From assembly GCA_963761335.1 (NCBI GenBank), contig CAVXGR010000013.1, positions 224,001 to 288,000 of the forward strand: DNA of 64,000 nt. The letters are read 5' to 3'. Both the position numbers and the translations under genes were made by a program. This DNA comes from an uncultured delta proteobacterium. Its GTDB lineage: Bacteria; Desulfobacterota; Binatia; HRBIN30; BPIQ01. Positions within the stretch are counted from its first letter, which is position 1; every line of letters starts with the position of its first letter. The notes under the pieces are model-generated. The model was not told the origin of the DNA and ran no database searches. It was given only the letters and a program-made list of their open reading frames with translations. This document shows, piece by piece, positions 28,637 to 38,027 of this stretch.

Positions 28637-29713
28637 TTACGACGCGGCGCGCGAGAGGTCCTCGAACTCGAGCGGGCGCACGCCGGTGTACTCGGCGTTG
28701 ACCGCGTCGGCGTAGGCGCGCGACACCGTCCGCTTCATGTACCGGCGCACAGCCGGCGCGACCTCGAGCTCGTCGATGTACGACAGGTTCTGCCGCAGGT
28801 AGTAGACGCGGCCGGCGCGCACCAGCGGCGGGTCCTCGGGCTGGTTGACGCGGTCGCGCCACTCGCGGTAGGCGCGCTCCGCCGTCGCCCGCGGAACCCC
28901 GCACAGCGCCAGGGTGCCGATGCGCGTCCGCCGCGGCAGCCGGCTGTCGTTGCCGTGGCGGCCGATGTAGATGTTGGCGGCGAAGTGGGCGTAGGAGATG
29001 CCGGCGAGGTTCCGCGCCAGCGAGCCCATGCGGCGCAGTGCCAGCTTGCCGGTCTCGCGCGACATCTGCATGTGTCGCGCCTCGTCGATGGCGTGGTTCT
29101 TCAGCATGGCGCGCACGCAGGGGTGCATGTTGGGCTCGTTGATGGTGCAGCGCTCGACCGTCTTCTGGTTCACGTTCAGAGGAAAACGCGTGAAGTAGTA
29201 GTACGACAGATCGCCGCGCACGGCGCCGATCAGTGTGTGCGCCTGGAAATAGCGCGCCGCCATGCGCAGCGACACGTTGGTGGCGCGCAGCTGCTCGAGC
29301 GTCAAGCCGTAGTGGGCGAGCACCTTGCGGATGACGATGAGAAAGGCGTGCAGATGCGCCGTCTCCTCGACGACCTCGCGCGCCATGTAGAGCGCCACCT
29401 CCGGGTCGTCGTCGATGAAGCTGTGCACCGCCGCCTCGCAGTTGAGGACGTTGGTCGCCGCCTCGGCGACCGCGGTCGACAGATAGCTCTGGCAGAAGGT
29501 GAGCCGGTTGAGCTGCAGCTTCTGCTCGGCGGACAGGGATTCCCAGACCGGCTCGCCGTAGAACCAGGTCATCTCCAGCGGGAAGAGCAGGTGGTCGCCC
29601 ATGGCGGCGCCGTCGAACTCCTCCGCCGGCGCCAGAAAGTGCTCGTGCAGGCGATCCACATCCCGATCGCTGACGGCGCGCAGGCGGCGCACGTAATCGA
29701 ATTCACCCGGCAT
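28637..29713 (-). CDS. AurF/CmlI-like ferritin-fold diiron oxygenase
   Basis: VAEAA, EVVEETAH and HAIDEARH diiron ligand motifs, plus W..LSAEQK..L. Confidence 0.8.
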   Translation of the reverse strand: MPGEFDYVRRLRAVSDRDVDRLHEHFLAPAEEFDGAAMGDHLLFPLEMTWFYGEPVWESLSAEQKLQLNRLTFCQSYLSTAVAEAATNVLNCEAAVHSFIDDDPEVALYMAREVVEETAHLHAFLIVIRKVLAHYGLTLEQLRATNVSLRMAARYFQAHTLIGAVRGDLSYYYFTRFPLNVNQKTVERCTINEPNMHPCVRAMLKNHAIDEARHMQMSRETGKLALRRMGSLARNLAGISYAHFAANIYIGRHGNDSRLPRRTRIGTLALCGVPRATAERAYREWRDRVNQPEDPPLVRAGRVYYLRQNLSYIDELEVAPAVRRYMKRTVSRAYADAVNAEYTGVRPLEFEDLSRAAS

Positions 29714-29731
29714 CGAGCTCTCCCCGTCGCC

Positions 29732-30682
29732 TCACCTGCTATCACGCCCCGCAGGCGCCGCGGAAGAGCTTTCTGCAGCGGGCGCCAGGCGGCGCCGCAC
29801 CTCGTCGAGAGCGTTCACGTAGCCGCGACCATCGGCGAGCCGCCAGTCCTCGCAGGCGGCGCAGGGAGCCACCGAATCGAAGCGCCCCGCCAGGTGGGCG
29901 GCGCGGCGGCGTTGCGACTCGGCGCCGGCCCAGATCTCTGCGAGGGTCTCGTCGCAAACGTTGCCGAGCGGCGCGCGGGCATCCCAGTCGGCGCCGCACA
30001 TGGTCACCGTGCCGTCCTGAAGGACGACGAGCGCCTCGAAGAGCCAGGGACACGGCGGCCGGGGGCCCGCCGAGTCGGTCCTGTCGACGCGGATGGCGCC
30101 GCCGAACGAGCTCGGCGCGATGGTCATGATGAAGTCGCGGGGTCCGAGGAGCGGCTCCCACTCGCGGACGATCTCCGCCAACGACGCCTCCACCTCCGGG
30201 GTGCGCATGAACTGGATCGAGGTGATCGGCGCTTCGAAGCCCCCCGCCCGCTTGCGCCGCAGAAAGCGGCGCACGTTGTCCGTCACTCGCGCAAAGTGGT
30301 CGCGGCCGCGCATTCTCGCGTACTCGACACCCCCGAGAGCGTCCACGGAGCATTCGAGGCGATCCAGCCCGGAGCGCAGCAGGGCGTCGGCGTAAGTGTC
30401 CAGGGACACGGCATTGGTCGAGAGGCCGATGCGGCAGCCGCTCGCCTTGGCGCGCCCGATCAGCGCCACGGCGTGGCGGTGGAGCAGGGGCTCGCCGAGA
30501 AAGTGCAGCCACAGCATGGTGTCGCGAGCGGCGCACTCGGCGGCGATGCGCTCGAACACCTCCGCTTCCATGAAGCCCAGTGGACGGGTGAAATCCTGGC
30601 GCGGGCACAGCAGACAGCGCTGGTTGCAGTGGTTGGTGAGCTCGACGTTGATCCGCCGGGGAAACGGCAGCGGCACCCGCAT
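29732..30682 (-). CDS. Radical SAM protein with twitch/SPASM domain (BtrN-like architecture)
   Basis: ELTNHCNQRCLLCP, GEPLLH, STNA, CPWLF...DGTVTMC..D...CAAC. Confidence 0.9.
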   Translation of the reverse strand: MRVPLPFPRRINVELTNHCNQRCLLCPRQDFTRPLGFMEAEVFERIAAECAARDTMLWLHFLGEPLLHRHAVALIGRAKASGCRIGLSTNAVSLDTYADALLRSGLDRLECSVDALGGVEYARMRGRDHFARVTDNVRRFLRRKRAGGFEAPITSIQFMRTPEVEASLAEIVREWEPLLGPRDFIMTIAPSSFGGAIRVDRTDSAGPRPPCPWLFEALVVLQDGTVTMCGADWDARAPLGNVCDETLAEIWAGAESQRRRAAHLAGRFDSVAPCAACEDWRLADGRGYVNALDEVRRRLAPAAESSSAAPAGRDSR

Positions 30683-30753
30683 TCGAAAACCATAGTACAC
30701 TTGCACTCGGAAGACACGGCGCGTTATTTAGGGACACTTTCTCGCACGGGGGT

Positions 30754-31488
30754 TTGGTGGGCGTTCGACTCGGGGGTATCCAGCCAGTCTATCTGCCCTG
30801 GCTCGGGTACTTCGACCAGATGCAGCGCGTCGACGTTTTCGTCATCGCCGACGAGATGCCCTACTCTTCCTCCGGGTGGCTGCACCGCAATCGCGTCAAG
30901 GGTCCCAATGGTCCGCAATGGCTGACGCTGCCGGCCCGGCCGCGGCACGGAGAACGCATCGACGAGGTTCGCCTGGCGGCAGAGGTGCCCTGGCTGCGCA
31001 AGCACATGGGCACCTTGCGGCACCTCTATGCGCGCGGCACAGACGCCCATGAAACCATGGACGCCCTCGAGAACGTCCTCGAAGAGGGCGCCGAGCGCCT
31101 CGTCGGGGTTTCGGTTCCGTGCCTCCGCTTCATGATCGAGCGCCTCGGCATCCGCACGCCGGTGGTGATCTCCTCCGAGCTCGGGCTCGAGGCGGGCTAC
31201 GCGGCGCGCTTCCCGGAGCGCCCCAGCCCGACCCACCGCATCATCGCCTACATGGAGGCCCTCGGCGCCACCGAGCTGCTCGAGGGAGAGAGCGGTCAGT
31301 CCTACTTCGACGTGCCGCTGTTCGAGTCCTTTGGCATGCGGGTCCGCTTCCACCGCTATCTGCACCCGGAGTACCCGCAGCTGCACGGGCCGTTCATCTC
31401 TCACATGTCGGCGCTCGATCTGCTCCTCTGCAGCGGCCACGAGCGCGCTCGGCAGGTGCTCGCCAGCGGACGGCTGCGCGATGACTGA
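30754..31488 (+). CDS. WbqC family protein
   Basis: IQPVYLPWLGYF...DVFVIAD, HRNR, WLTLP, YPQLHGPFISHMSALDLL. Exact start uncertain. Confidence 0.9.
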   Translation: MVGVRLGGIQPVYLPWLGYFDQMQRVDVFVIADEMPYSSSGWLHRNRVKGPNGPQWLTLPARPRHGERIDEVRLAAEVPWLRKHMGTLRHLYARGTDAHETMDALENVLEEGAERLVGVSVPCLRFMIERLGIRTPVVISSELGLEAGYAARFPERPSPTHRIIAYMEALGATELLEGESGQSYFDVPLFESFGMRVRFHRYLHPEYPQLHGPFISHMSALDLLLCSGHERARQVLASGRLRDD

Positions 31489-32413
31489 CGGCTCACTGCG
31501 CGTCTCGGTCGTCATCGCGCTCTACAACGACGCGGCAACCGTGGAGGAGCTGGCGAGGCGGATCGCCGCCACTCTCGACAGCCGCGGCACCTCGTATGAG
31601 ATCCTCTTCATCGACGACGGCAGCGCCGACGGCACCGCGGAGATCCTGCGTCGCCTCGAGGCCGAGGACGAGCATATTCGCGTCTTCGAGTTCACCCGCA
31701 ACTTCGGGCAGGCGGCGGCGCTCGCCTGCGGGCTGGCGGCGGCGCGCGGCGAGGTGACCCTCACTCTCGACGGCGATCTGCAGAACCCGCCCGAGGAGAT
31801 TCCGCGCCTGCTCGAGGCCATCGACGCCGGCGCCGAGGTGGTCACGGCGCGGCGCGGGCGGCGCTACGAAGGCCTGATCCGCTGGGTCGGCTCGCGCGCC
31901 GTGCACTGGCTCGCCTGCCGCCTGACCGGCGTCCTCCTCGAGGATTACGGCGGCAACTTCAAGGGCTACAACCGCGCCGCGCTCGAGGCCACCAAGGGCG
32001 TGTGGGCGCCGGGCAAGCCGTTCTTCCCTCTGGCCCTCTCGCTCGGCTACCGAGTCGCCGAAGTGACCGTGCGCCACGAGCCGCGGCGCGCCGGCAGGTC
32101 GCGCTATACGCTGCTGGCGCTCTTGCGCATCAACTTCGACCTCATCACCAGCTTCACCACCCTGCCGCTGGCCCTCCTCGGCGCCGGTGGCGGCATTTGC
32201 CTGGGGCTCGGGGCGCTCGGCATCGCCCTCTGCTGGTGGCTCCGCGCCACGCCGTTCGCTGCGGCGCTGTCGCTGACGCTCTTCGCGGTCGGCGCCGTAT
32301 GGATCGCCGCCGGAGTGCTCGGCCTCTACCTCGGCCGCGTCTATCGCCTGGTTGCCGGCGGCGGCCCCGCATACGTGGTGCGGCGCGGCCCGCGCCGCAA
32401 CGAGGCGGGCTGA
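31481..32413 (+). CDS. ArnC/GtrB-like polyprenol-phosphate glycosyltransferase (GT2)
   Basis: IDDGSAD, RNFGQAAA, TLDGDLQNPPEEIP, R.AGRSRY, and two C-terminal TM helices. Confidence 0.9.
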   Translation: MTDGSLRVSVVIALYNDAATVEELARRIAATLDSRGTSYEILFIDDGSADGTAEILRRLEAEDEHIRVFEFTRNFGQAAALACGLAAARGEVTLTLDGDLQNPPEEIPRLLEAIDAGAEVVTARRGRRYEGLIRWVGSRAVHWLACRLTGVLLEDYGGNFKGYNRAALEATKGVWAPGKPFFPLALSLGYRVAEVTVRHEPRRAGRSRYTLLALLRINFDLITSFTTLPLALLGAGGGICLGLGALGIALCWWLRATPFAAALSLTLFAVGAVWIAAGVLGLYLGRVYRLVAGGGPAYVVRRGPRRNEAG

Positions 32414-32427
32414 GGGTCGGCGAATCG

Positions 32428-34498
32428 GTGGACTCGACACTCGGCCGCACCACTCGCCTGCGCCGGTGGGGGATGCTGAGCGCGGTGCCGCTGCTGCTGG
32501 CCTATGCCCTGCCTCTCCTGGCGCCGCCGCCGGCCGCGTGGAAGGCGGCGGCGCCAGGCGGCGGGCTGTGCGAGCGGATCTTTCCCGACGTGCCCGCATG
32601 GTGGGTCGCCGGCCGTCTCGCCTGTCTCTTTCTGGGCGCGGCGCTGCTCGCCCTGAGCCTGCGTGAGCCGCTGCCGCTCCATCTCGGCGATGCCGCCGGC
32701 GGCATGGCGCAGCGCCGCTCCCGCTGGCAAGCGCCGCTCGCCTGGACGGCGCTGGCGCTGGCCCTGGTGCAGGCGACCGGCGGGCTGTTCGCCTGGCGCT
32801 TCGGCCGTCTGGCGGAGACGGTTTACTTCATCTTCCTCGGCGTGCCTGCGGCGCTGCAGTTTCTCGGCGAGATTGCCCCAGGCCTGGGGCGCGACGCGCC
32901 AGCGCCTGGGCGTGCTCGCGACCTTCCTGATGGTGCCGGCGCTCTGGCTGGCGTGCTGCGCTCCTCTCGCCTGGCGCTCGCCGCGGGCCGCCAGCATCGT
33001 CGACGGCTGGCTGGCGGTGCAGCGCCTGGAGGAGGTGGCCGCCGGGCAGCAGAAGATCCTCGCCGACAGCGCCATCCCGGGGCTGACCAACGCCTACATG
33101 ATGTTCGAGGGGGCGCCGCTGCTCGGCCCCGGAGACGTTTCCTTCGCGCGGATACAGAGCCTCCACCTCTTGTGGACGGCCTTCTGCGCCATGGCGGTCG
33201 CCGTGCTCGTCTGGAAGACCGTCGGCCGCGGTGCCGCGGTCGTCGCGCAAGCCGTATTTCTCTTTTCGCCTCTGGTCTTCTCCTTTCCGTACGATCCCCT
33301 GAGCCTGTTCATCGGGCCGCTGAGCGCCGTCGTGCCGATGCTCCTCCTGCTGGCCGCCTACCGTTCGGGCTCGGCCGCGGCGTTCGCTGGCTTCGGAGCC
33401 GCCGTGGGCTTCGCCGGCCGCATTCCGCAGCTGGCGCCGATGGCGCTGCTGCTGTGTGCTCTGGCCTTGCTCGTCATCCGCTCGGTGCGCCTGCCCTGGC
33501 TCGCCGTCGCCGTCGCGGCGCTCTCCGGCGCGGCGGCGGCGCTTCCCGGCTTCCCCGACTTGCAGACGCTCTCCGCATCGGTGAGCGCTTTCACGCGCGG
33601 TATCGGGGAGTCGGTCGCCTTCACCAAGATCCTCTTCGGCCAGGAGAGCATCTCGCGCGCCGCGGCGACGTTGCAGGGGGCCCATCCGGGCGCCCTCGAC
33701 GTGCCTCTCGGCGCCGCGCTGGCGCCCTTCGCCATCGCCCGCACACCGCTGCGGCTCCTCGGCGACGCGCTTCTCGACCCCTTGGGGGCCATTCTGGTAG
33801 CTACCGGTCTATTCCTATGTCTGCTCCACTTCCGCAAGCGGGTGACGCTGATCGCCGTGGCCCTGCTCGCCACCGGATCACTGACCGCCGTAGTCTCCTC
33901 GGGCGACGCGGTGTCGCACACGCGTCTGGCACCGGCGCTGGTCCCGCTCGCCGTTCTCGCCGCGGTGGGCTTCGAGGCCCTGCGCCTCCGTCTGGCGGAG
34001 CGCTTGCCGTCCGCTGCCGTGGTGAGCGCGGCCGTGGGGCTGTCGGCGGCGAGCGGCGTGCTTCTCTTCGTCACCGTCAATCCCACCATTCTCGCCTCCT
34101 CGTCGCTGGAGATCAGCCTCGAATCGCTGGGCGGTGCGGCGACGACGGCGCGGCCGGTGTTCGTCGACTACGACGTCAACTGGCTGCACACGCAGCGGAT
34201 CGCCAGCCATCTGCCGGCGCGAGAGATTCCGTTCCTGACCGTGGCGGAGTTTCGGAGCAAAATCATCGGCGGCGGCGCCAAGCCGGCGTCGCTCTACTTC
34301 TGGAGCCCGGGGGTCGAGAAGAACGCGCACCTCTGGCGGGCCGTCTGCCGGCGCTGGCCGGGGGCGGCGCTGTACACCCTGCGGGGCCGTGCCGGCCTGT
34401 CGCACGCCCTTGCCGCCAGCCCGTCGGGGCGGGACTGGTCTCCCTCCCTGAGACGCTCGCAGTGGAGCGTCGCCGGCTGCGGCTCAGCAGAACCGTGA
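32428..34498 (+). CDS. GT-C/ArnT-like membrane glycosyltransferase (paralogue 4), interrupted by one frameshift
   Basis: N-terminal part (LLAYALP..RIFPDVPAWWVAGRL) is in the frame of ORF 32002. The rest (SPRAASIVDGW...FWSP..CRRWP) is in the frame of ORF 32663. The shift is near 32870-32890. Confidence 0.7.
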
Positions 34499-36517
34499 AC
34501 GGCGCAGATACGGATTCACGCCGGGATCGGTCTGCGGGTAGATGAAGGAGCGCGCCCGCAGCACCGGGTTGGAGACCTCGGCGCACAGGGCGCGGATGTC
34601 GCGCGCCTGCGCCTCGTCGTGCCAAAAGCGCATCTTCTTCGGCTGCTGCAGGCGGAACTCGCTGGGATCGACGCGAAACTCGCGGGCCATGATGCGGTCG
34701 AAGGCGAAGCGAAAGGTGCCCTCGGGCTCCAGCTCGCTGTCGAGGATGCGGCGCCGGCGCAGGCGGCTGTACTCGATCAGCTCGTCGACGTACTCCGCCA
34801 GCGAGGAGCAACCCCGATCGGCGGCGGCGATGCATTCCCAGAGCGCCTGGCGGGATACTCCGAGAATCGGCTCGATGTGCTCGAGCAGGGCGATCGCCTT
34901 GAGCGTCCCCAAGCTGTTCTTGTACTCCTCGAGCGCATAGCGCTCGAGATTGGCGGGGTCGCGGAAGTAGTCCAGGCAGGCCTCGCGGGAGTCGAAGAGA
35001 TAGCTGCGCACCCCTTCCTCGAGGGCGGCGTACACCGCCTGCAGCTCCGCCGGAAAGGAGCCGAACTGCGCATGGCAACGCTCCACGAAGTCGAACATCG
35101 ACAGGCCGAGGGCGCGGGTGAGGCCGTGGATCTCCTCGAGGTAGATGTCGTTGTAGAAGATCTCCACCGAGAGCTCGAAGCGCTTGCAGGAGAGGTACTC
35201 GGCGAAGCTCATGGTGTTGGTGGCAATGACGATCTCGGTCACCTCGACGCTCGGGAAAGGTGCTCCGGTGAAGCGGTAGCTGCCGTGGCACTGGGGCAGA
35301 ACGCGGAAGCGCGTGTCCAGCTCGAACTGCCGCCGCGTCGCCTGGCTGGCCAGGTCGGTTCCCGGCAGCAGCACCAGCGGATACATCTTGATGCGCTGCA
35401 TGCCGGCCTCCATGGCGGCGCGGATCGAGCCGAGGTGAGAGCCCACGGTGTCGCCCGGCAGATTGAGGATGAGCTCGGTGTAGGAGCGCTGGTCGAGCTC
35501 CATCGCCGCGCGCGCCATGTCCATGAGGATGGCCTCGGAGATGTTGGACCTCTTGATGTTGCGCAGTGTCTGCGGGTCGGTCGACTGCAGCGCCGGGCCG
35601 AAGCGCATGGCGCCCTTGGTGCGCCGCACGGCCTCGAGGACGCGCTCCTTGCGGTTCTTGCCGGTCGATACCTCGATGGTCTCGGGCCAGCCGTGCGCCT
35701 CGCGCACCTCGGCGATGACGTCGCAGATCTCGAGGTCGTTGGCATACATGCCGAAGTTCGAGTCGGCGATGTGCAGGCGGGGCGGACCGCCCGCCATGCG
35801 GTGGGCGATGTATTCGAGCTCGGCGCGAAACCTGTCGGTCGTCGTCGAGCCGAGCTTGGTGTAGTAGTCCTCGCCCTCGACGCAGAAGGTGCACTGGAAG
35901 GGACAGCCGCGCTTGGTCTGGATCAGGGGCACCAGGTCCTTGCGCGCGAAGAACTTGTCCATCAGCCCGCACAGGTACGGCGACGGAAACTCGTCGAGGT
36001 TGCGCTGCCGCAACGCCGGCGTCGGGGCGATCAGCTCGCCGTCCAGCAGGTAGTGGACCGCGGGAATCTGCGGTCGCCGGCGCCGCAGCGCGCCGGCGTC
36101 GAAGTCGACCTCCCGCAACTGCCGGAGCAGCTCGAGGAAGGGGATCTCGCCTTCCTTGTAGACGTAGAAGTCGACCAGGGGATGGCTCTCGAGGAAGGCG
36201 CGCTGCTGCTCTGCCTCGATCGGATAGTTCGGCCCGCCCATGATGATGACCGTCTGCGGCGCCAGTGCCTTTGCCTGGCGGATGACCTCGTAGCCGAGCT
36301 CGAGGTTCCACACGTAGTTGGTGAAGCCCATCACCTCCGGCGTGTGCGCCGCGAACACCTCGCCCAGGCTCTCCGGCGAGCGGAAGATCTCGATGCAAGC
36401 GCTCTCCAGGCCGGCCGCAGCGTAGGCGCCGACGCAACCCGCCGCATACGGGAACGTCTTGTTCTGGTTGTGCGGGTGGAGCATGTCGCCCAGGAGTATG
36501 CTGATCGAGTCACTCAT
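34484..36517 (-). CDS. B12-binding radical SAM protein (class B methyltransferase-like)
   Basis: GFTNYVWN, GGPNYP, EGE, TKRGCPFQCTFC, ADSNFG, LPGDT. Confidence 0.88.
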   Translation of the reverse strand: MSDSISILLGDMLHPHNQNKTFPYAAGCVGAYAAAGLESACIEIFRSPESLGEVFAAHTPEVMGFTNYVWNLELGYEVIRQAKALAPQTVIIMGGPNYPIEAEQQRAFLESHPLVDFYVYKEGEIPFLELLRQLREVDFDAGALRRRRPQIPAVHYLLDGELIAPTPALRQRNLDEFPSPYLCGLMDKFFARKDLVPLIQTKRGCPFQCTFCVEGEDYYTKLGSTTTDRFRAELEYIAHRMAGGPPRLHIADSNFGMYANDLEICDVIAEVREAHGWPETIEVSTGKNRKERVLEAVRRTKGAMRFGPALQSTDPQTLRNIKRSNISEAILMDMARAAMELDQRSYTELILNLPGDTVGSHLGSIRAAMEAGMQRIKMYPLVLLPGTDLASQATRRQFELDTRFRVLPQCHGSYRFTGAPFPSVEVTEIVIATNTMSFAEYLSCKRFELSVEIFYNDIYLEEIHGLTRALGLSMFDFVERCHAQFGSFPAELQAVYAALEEGVRSYLFDSREACLDYFRDPANLERYALEEYKNSLGTLKAIALLEHIEPILGVSRQALWECIAAADRGCSSLAEYVDELIEYSRLRRRRILDSELEPEGTFRFAFDRIMAREFRVDPSEFRLQQPKKMRFWHDEAQARDIRALCAEVSNPVLRARSFIYPQTDPGVNPYLRRSRFC

Positions 36518-36566
36518 GAAGAACGTCTCGGCGCTGACTTCGTGGAAAGCGGGTCGATACCCTGAC

Positions 36567-38027
36567 TTACAATGGCGCTTGCCCCCGGCGCAAGCCGCTT
36601 CCTCGCCGCCGCATGCGCTCGAGGACGTTGGCGGTGATGCGCTGCGCCCGCGGATCGGGGCCCTCGGGGATCGCTTCGTAGGTCAGCGGGCGCACCTGAC
36701 CGGGCGGCTCGGACAGCCCGTGAGACCACCAGCAGCTCGAGGCGTTGAAGACGAAGTTGCCGCGCGGCCCGGGGTACACGGTGGCGGTGTACACACCCTC
36801 GCCGTGATGGCTCCGCGTCGGACCGGTGGCGACGATCTCGAGACCTGGAATGGCCGCCGGCTCGGCGTGGTATTCCCAGCCGACCAGCCCGGCGATGCCG
36901 TCGCCGCGGCGCATGCCGGTGCCCTCGAAGAGCCAGTGTTCCGGCGCGGCGCAGATCCAGGCGCCGCTGCCGGTGGCCGGGACCGGGGTGCGGGCGCCAA
37001 CCAGGGCGCTCTCGCTCGGCGCCGACTGCGCCAGTCGCCGCGCTTCGGGAAACCACTCGAACTCCTCCGGATGCGTGCCGCCGAAGCGGTCGAGGCGCGA
37101 GAAGACGCGGTCCGGCCGCCCGGCGCTCGACCGCCGCAGACCGATCAGCCCGCAGCAGGTGTTGCCGGAGAGGAAGGCGACGTCGAGTCCCTCGGCGATC
37201 AGGCGCCGCAGCCCGGTGAACATCTCCATGGTGTAGTACTCGTCGTGGCCGACGGACAGAAAGCCGTGTGCCCGCGCCAGCGCTCCCGGATCCCGATGCG
37301 TGTCGATGCCGGAGACGTAGGTGACGTCGTCGCCGCGCGACTCCATCCAGTAGGCCAGCGGGTACTCCCAGAGCAGCCATTCCCCCGATCCGGTCGACAG
37401 CGGCGCATCGACGATCTGGCAGTACTTGCCGTACGGGCGGTCGAAGCTGACGTCGGCATCGGGGCCCCAGGCCCAGAACTTCTCGCCGTCGTCGTACAGC
37501 GAATAGCGATCCGGCCAGCGGTTGTATGCCTGCCAGGTCAGGTCGGAGCACTGGAGGACGAAGTCGGCCGGGCGCTGGTCGCGAACGATGAAGATCAGGT
37601 AGCTCTGCACCCCGTCGCGCTCGGCGGTGAGCTTGCCGAGATAGACCCCGCTCACCCAGTCGGCGGCAATCTCGACCGCGGCGCAGCTCTTCCAGCGACA
37701 CTCGCGCAGCCGCTTCGCGCCAACCGGCGGCTCGGGCTGCGCCGTGCCGCGGAAAGGTCCGAGGCGCAGGACGCTTCGCGCGCCGCTGCCGCTGTAATGG
37801 CCCATGCGGTACAGCTCCAGGGTGAAGGCCGAGGGCGGGTCGGTGCTGACGTGAAAGGAAATCGATTCGCCGGCGCGGACGCTGGTGGCGGAGCAGTAGC
37901 CCTCGATCCACGGACAGCGGAAGCGACTGGCCGAATCGATCCTCGGGTTGTCGAGAAGCCAGTCGCGGGTTCCCGGGCGCGCGTTCTCGCGGCGAATCAG
38001 ATCTGGGTCGCGCGGCGGGGCGGACAT
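36567..38027 (-). CDS. N,N-dimethylformamidase beta-subunit-like (DUF6605) domain protein
   Basis: EN.RPGT..W, IEGY..ATSV, TWQAYN, SFDRPY, SVGHDEY, FLSGN, LVGWE. No signal peptide seen. Confidence 0.8.
   Translation of the reverse strand: MSAPPRDPDLIRRENARPGTRDWLLDNPRIDSASRFRCPWIEGYCSATSVRAGESISFHVSTDPPSAFTLELYRMGHYSGSGARSVLRLGPFRGTAQPEPPVGAKRLRECRWKSCAAVEIAADWVSGVYLGKLTAERDGVQSYLIFIVRDQRPADFVLQCSDLTWQAYNRWPDRYSLYDDGEKFWAWGPDADVSFDRPYGKYCQIVDAPLSTGSGEWLLWEYPLAYWMESRGDDVTYVSGIDTHRDPGALARAHGFLSVGHDEYYTMEMFTGLRRLIAEGLDVAFLSGNTCCGLIGLRRSSAGRPDRVFSRLDRFGGTHPEEFEWFPEARRLAQSAPSESALVGARTPVPATGSGAWICAAPEHWLFEGTGMRRGDGIAGLVGWEYHAEPAAIPGLEIVATGPTRSHHGEGVYTATVYPGPRGNFVFNASSCWWSHGLSEPPGQVRPLTYEAIPEGPDPRAQRITANVLERMRRRGSGLRRGQAPL

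Noticed and set aside
9301..30682. RiPP cluster suggested by SPASM radical SAMs
   Set aside because: No intact precursor peptide, RRE/PqqD domain, peptidase or exporter seen. The context is glycan/lipid.
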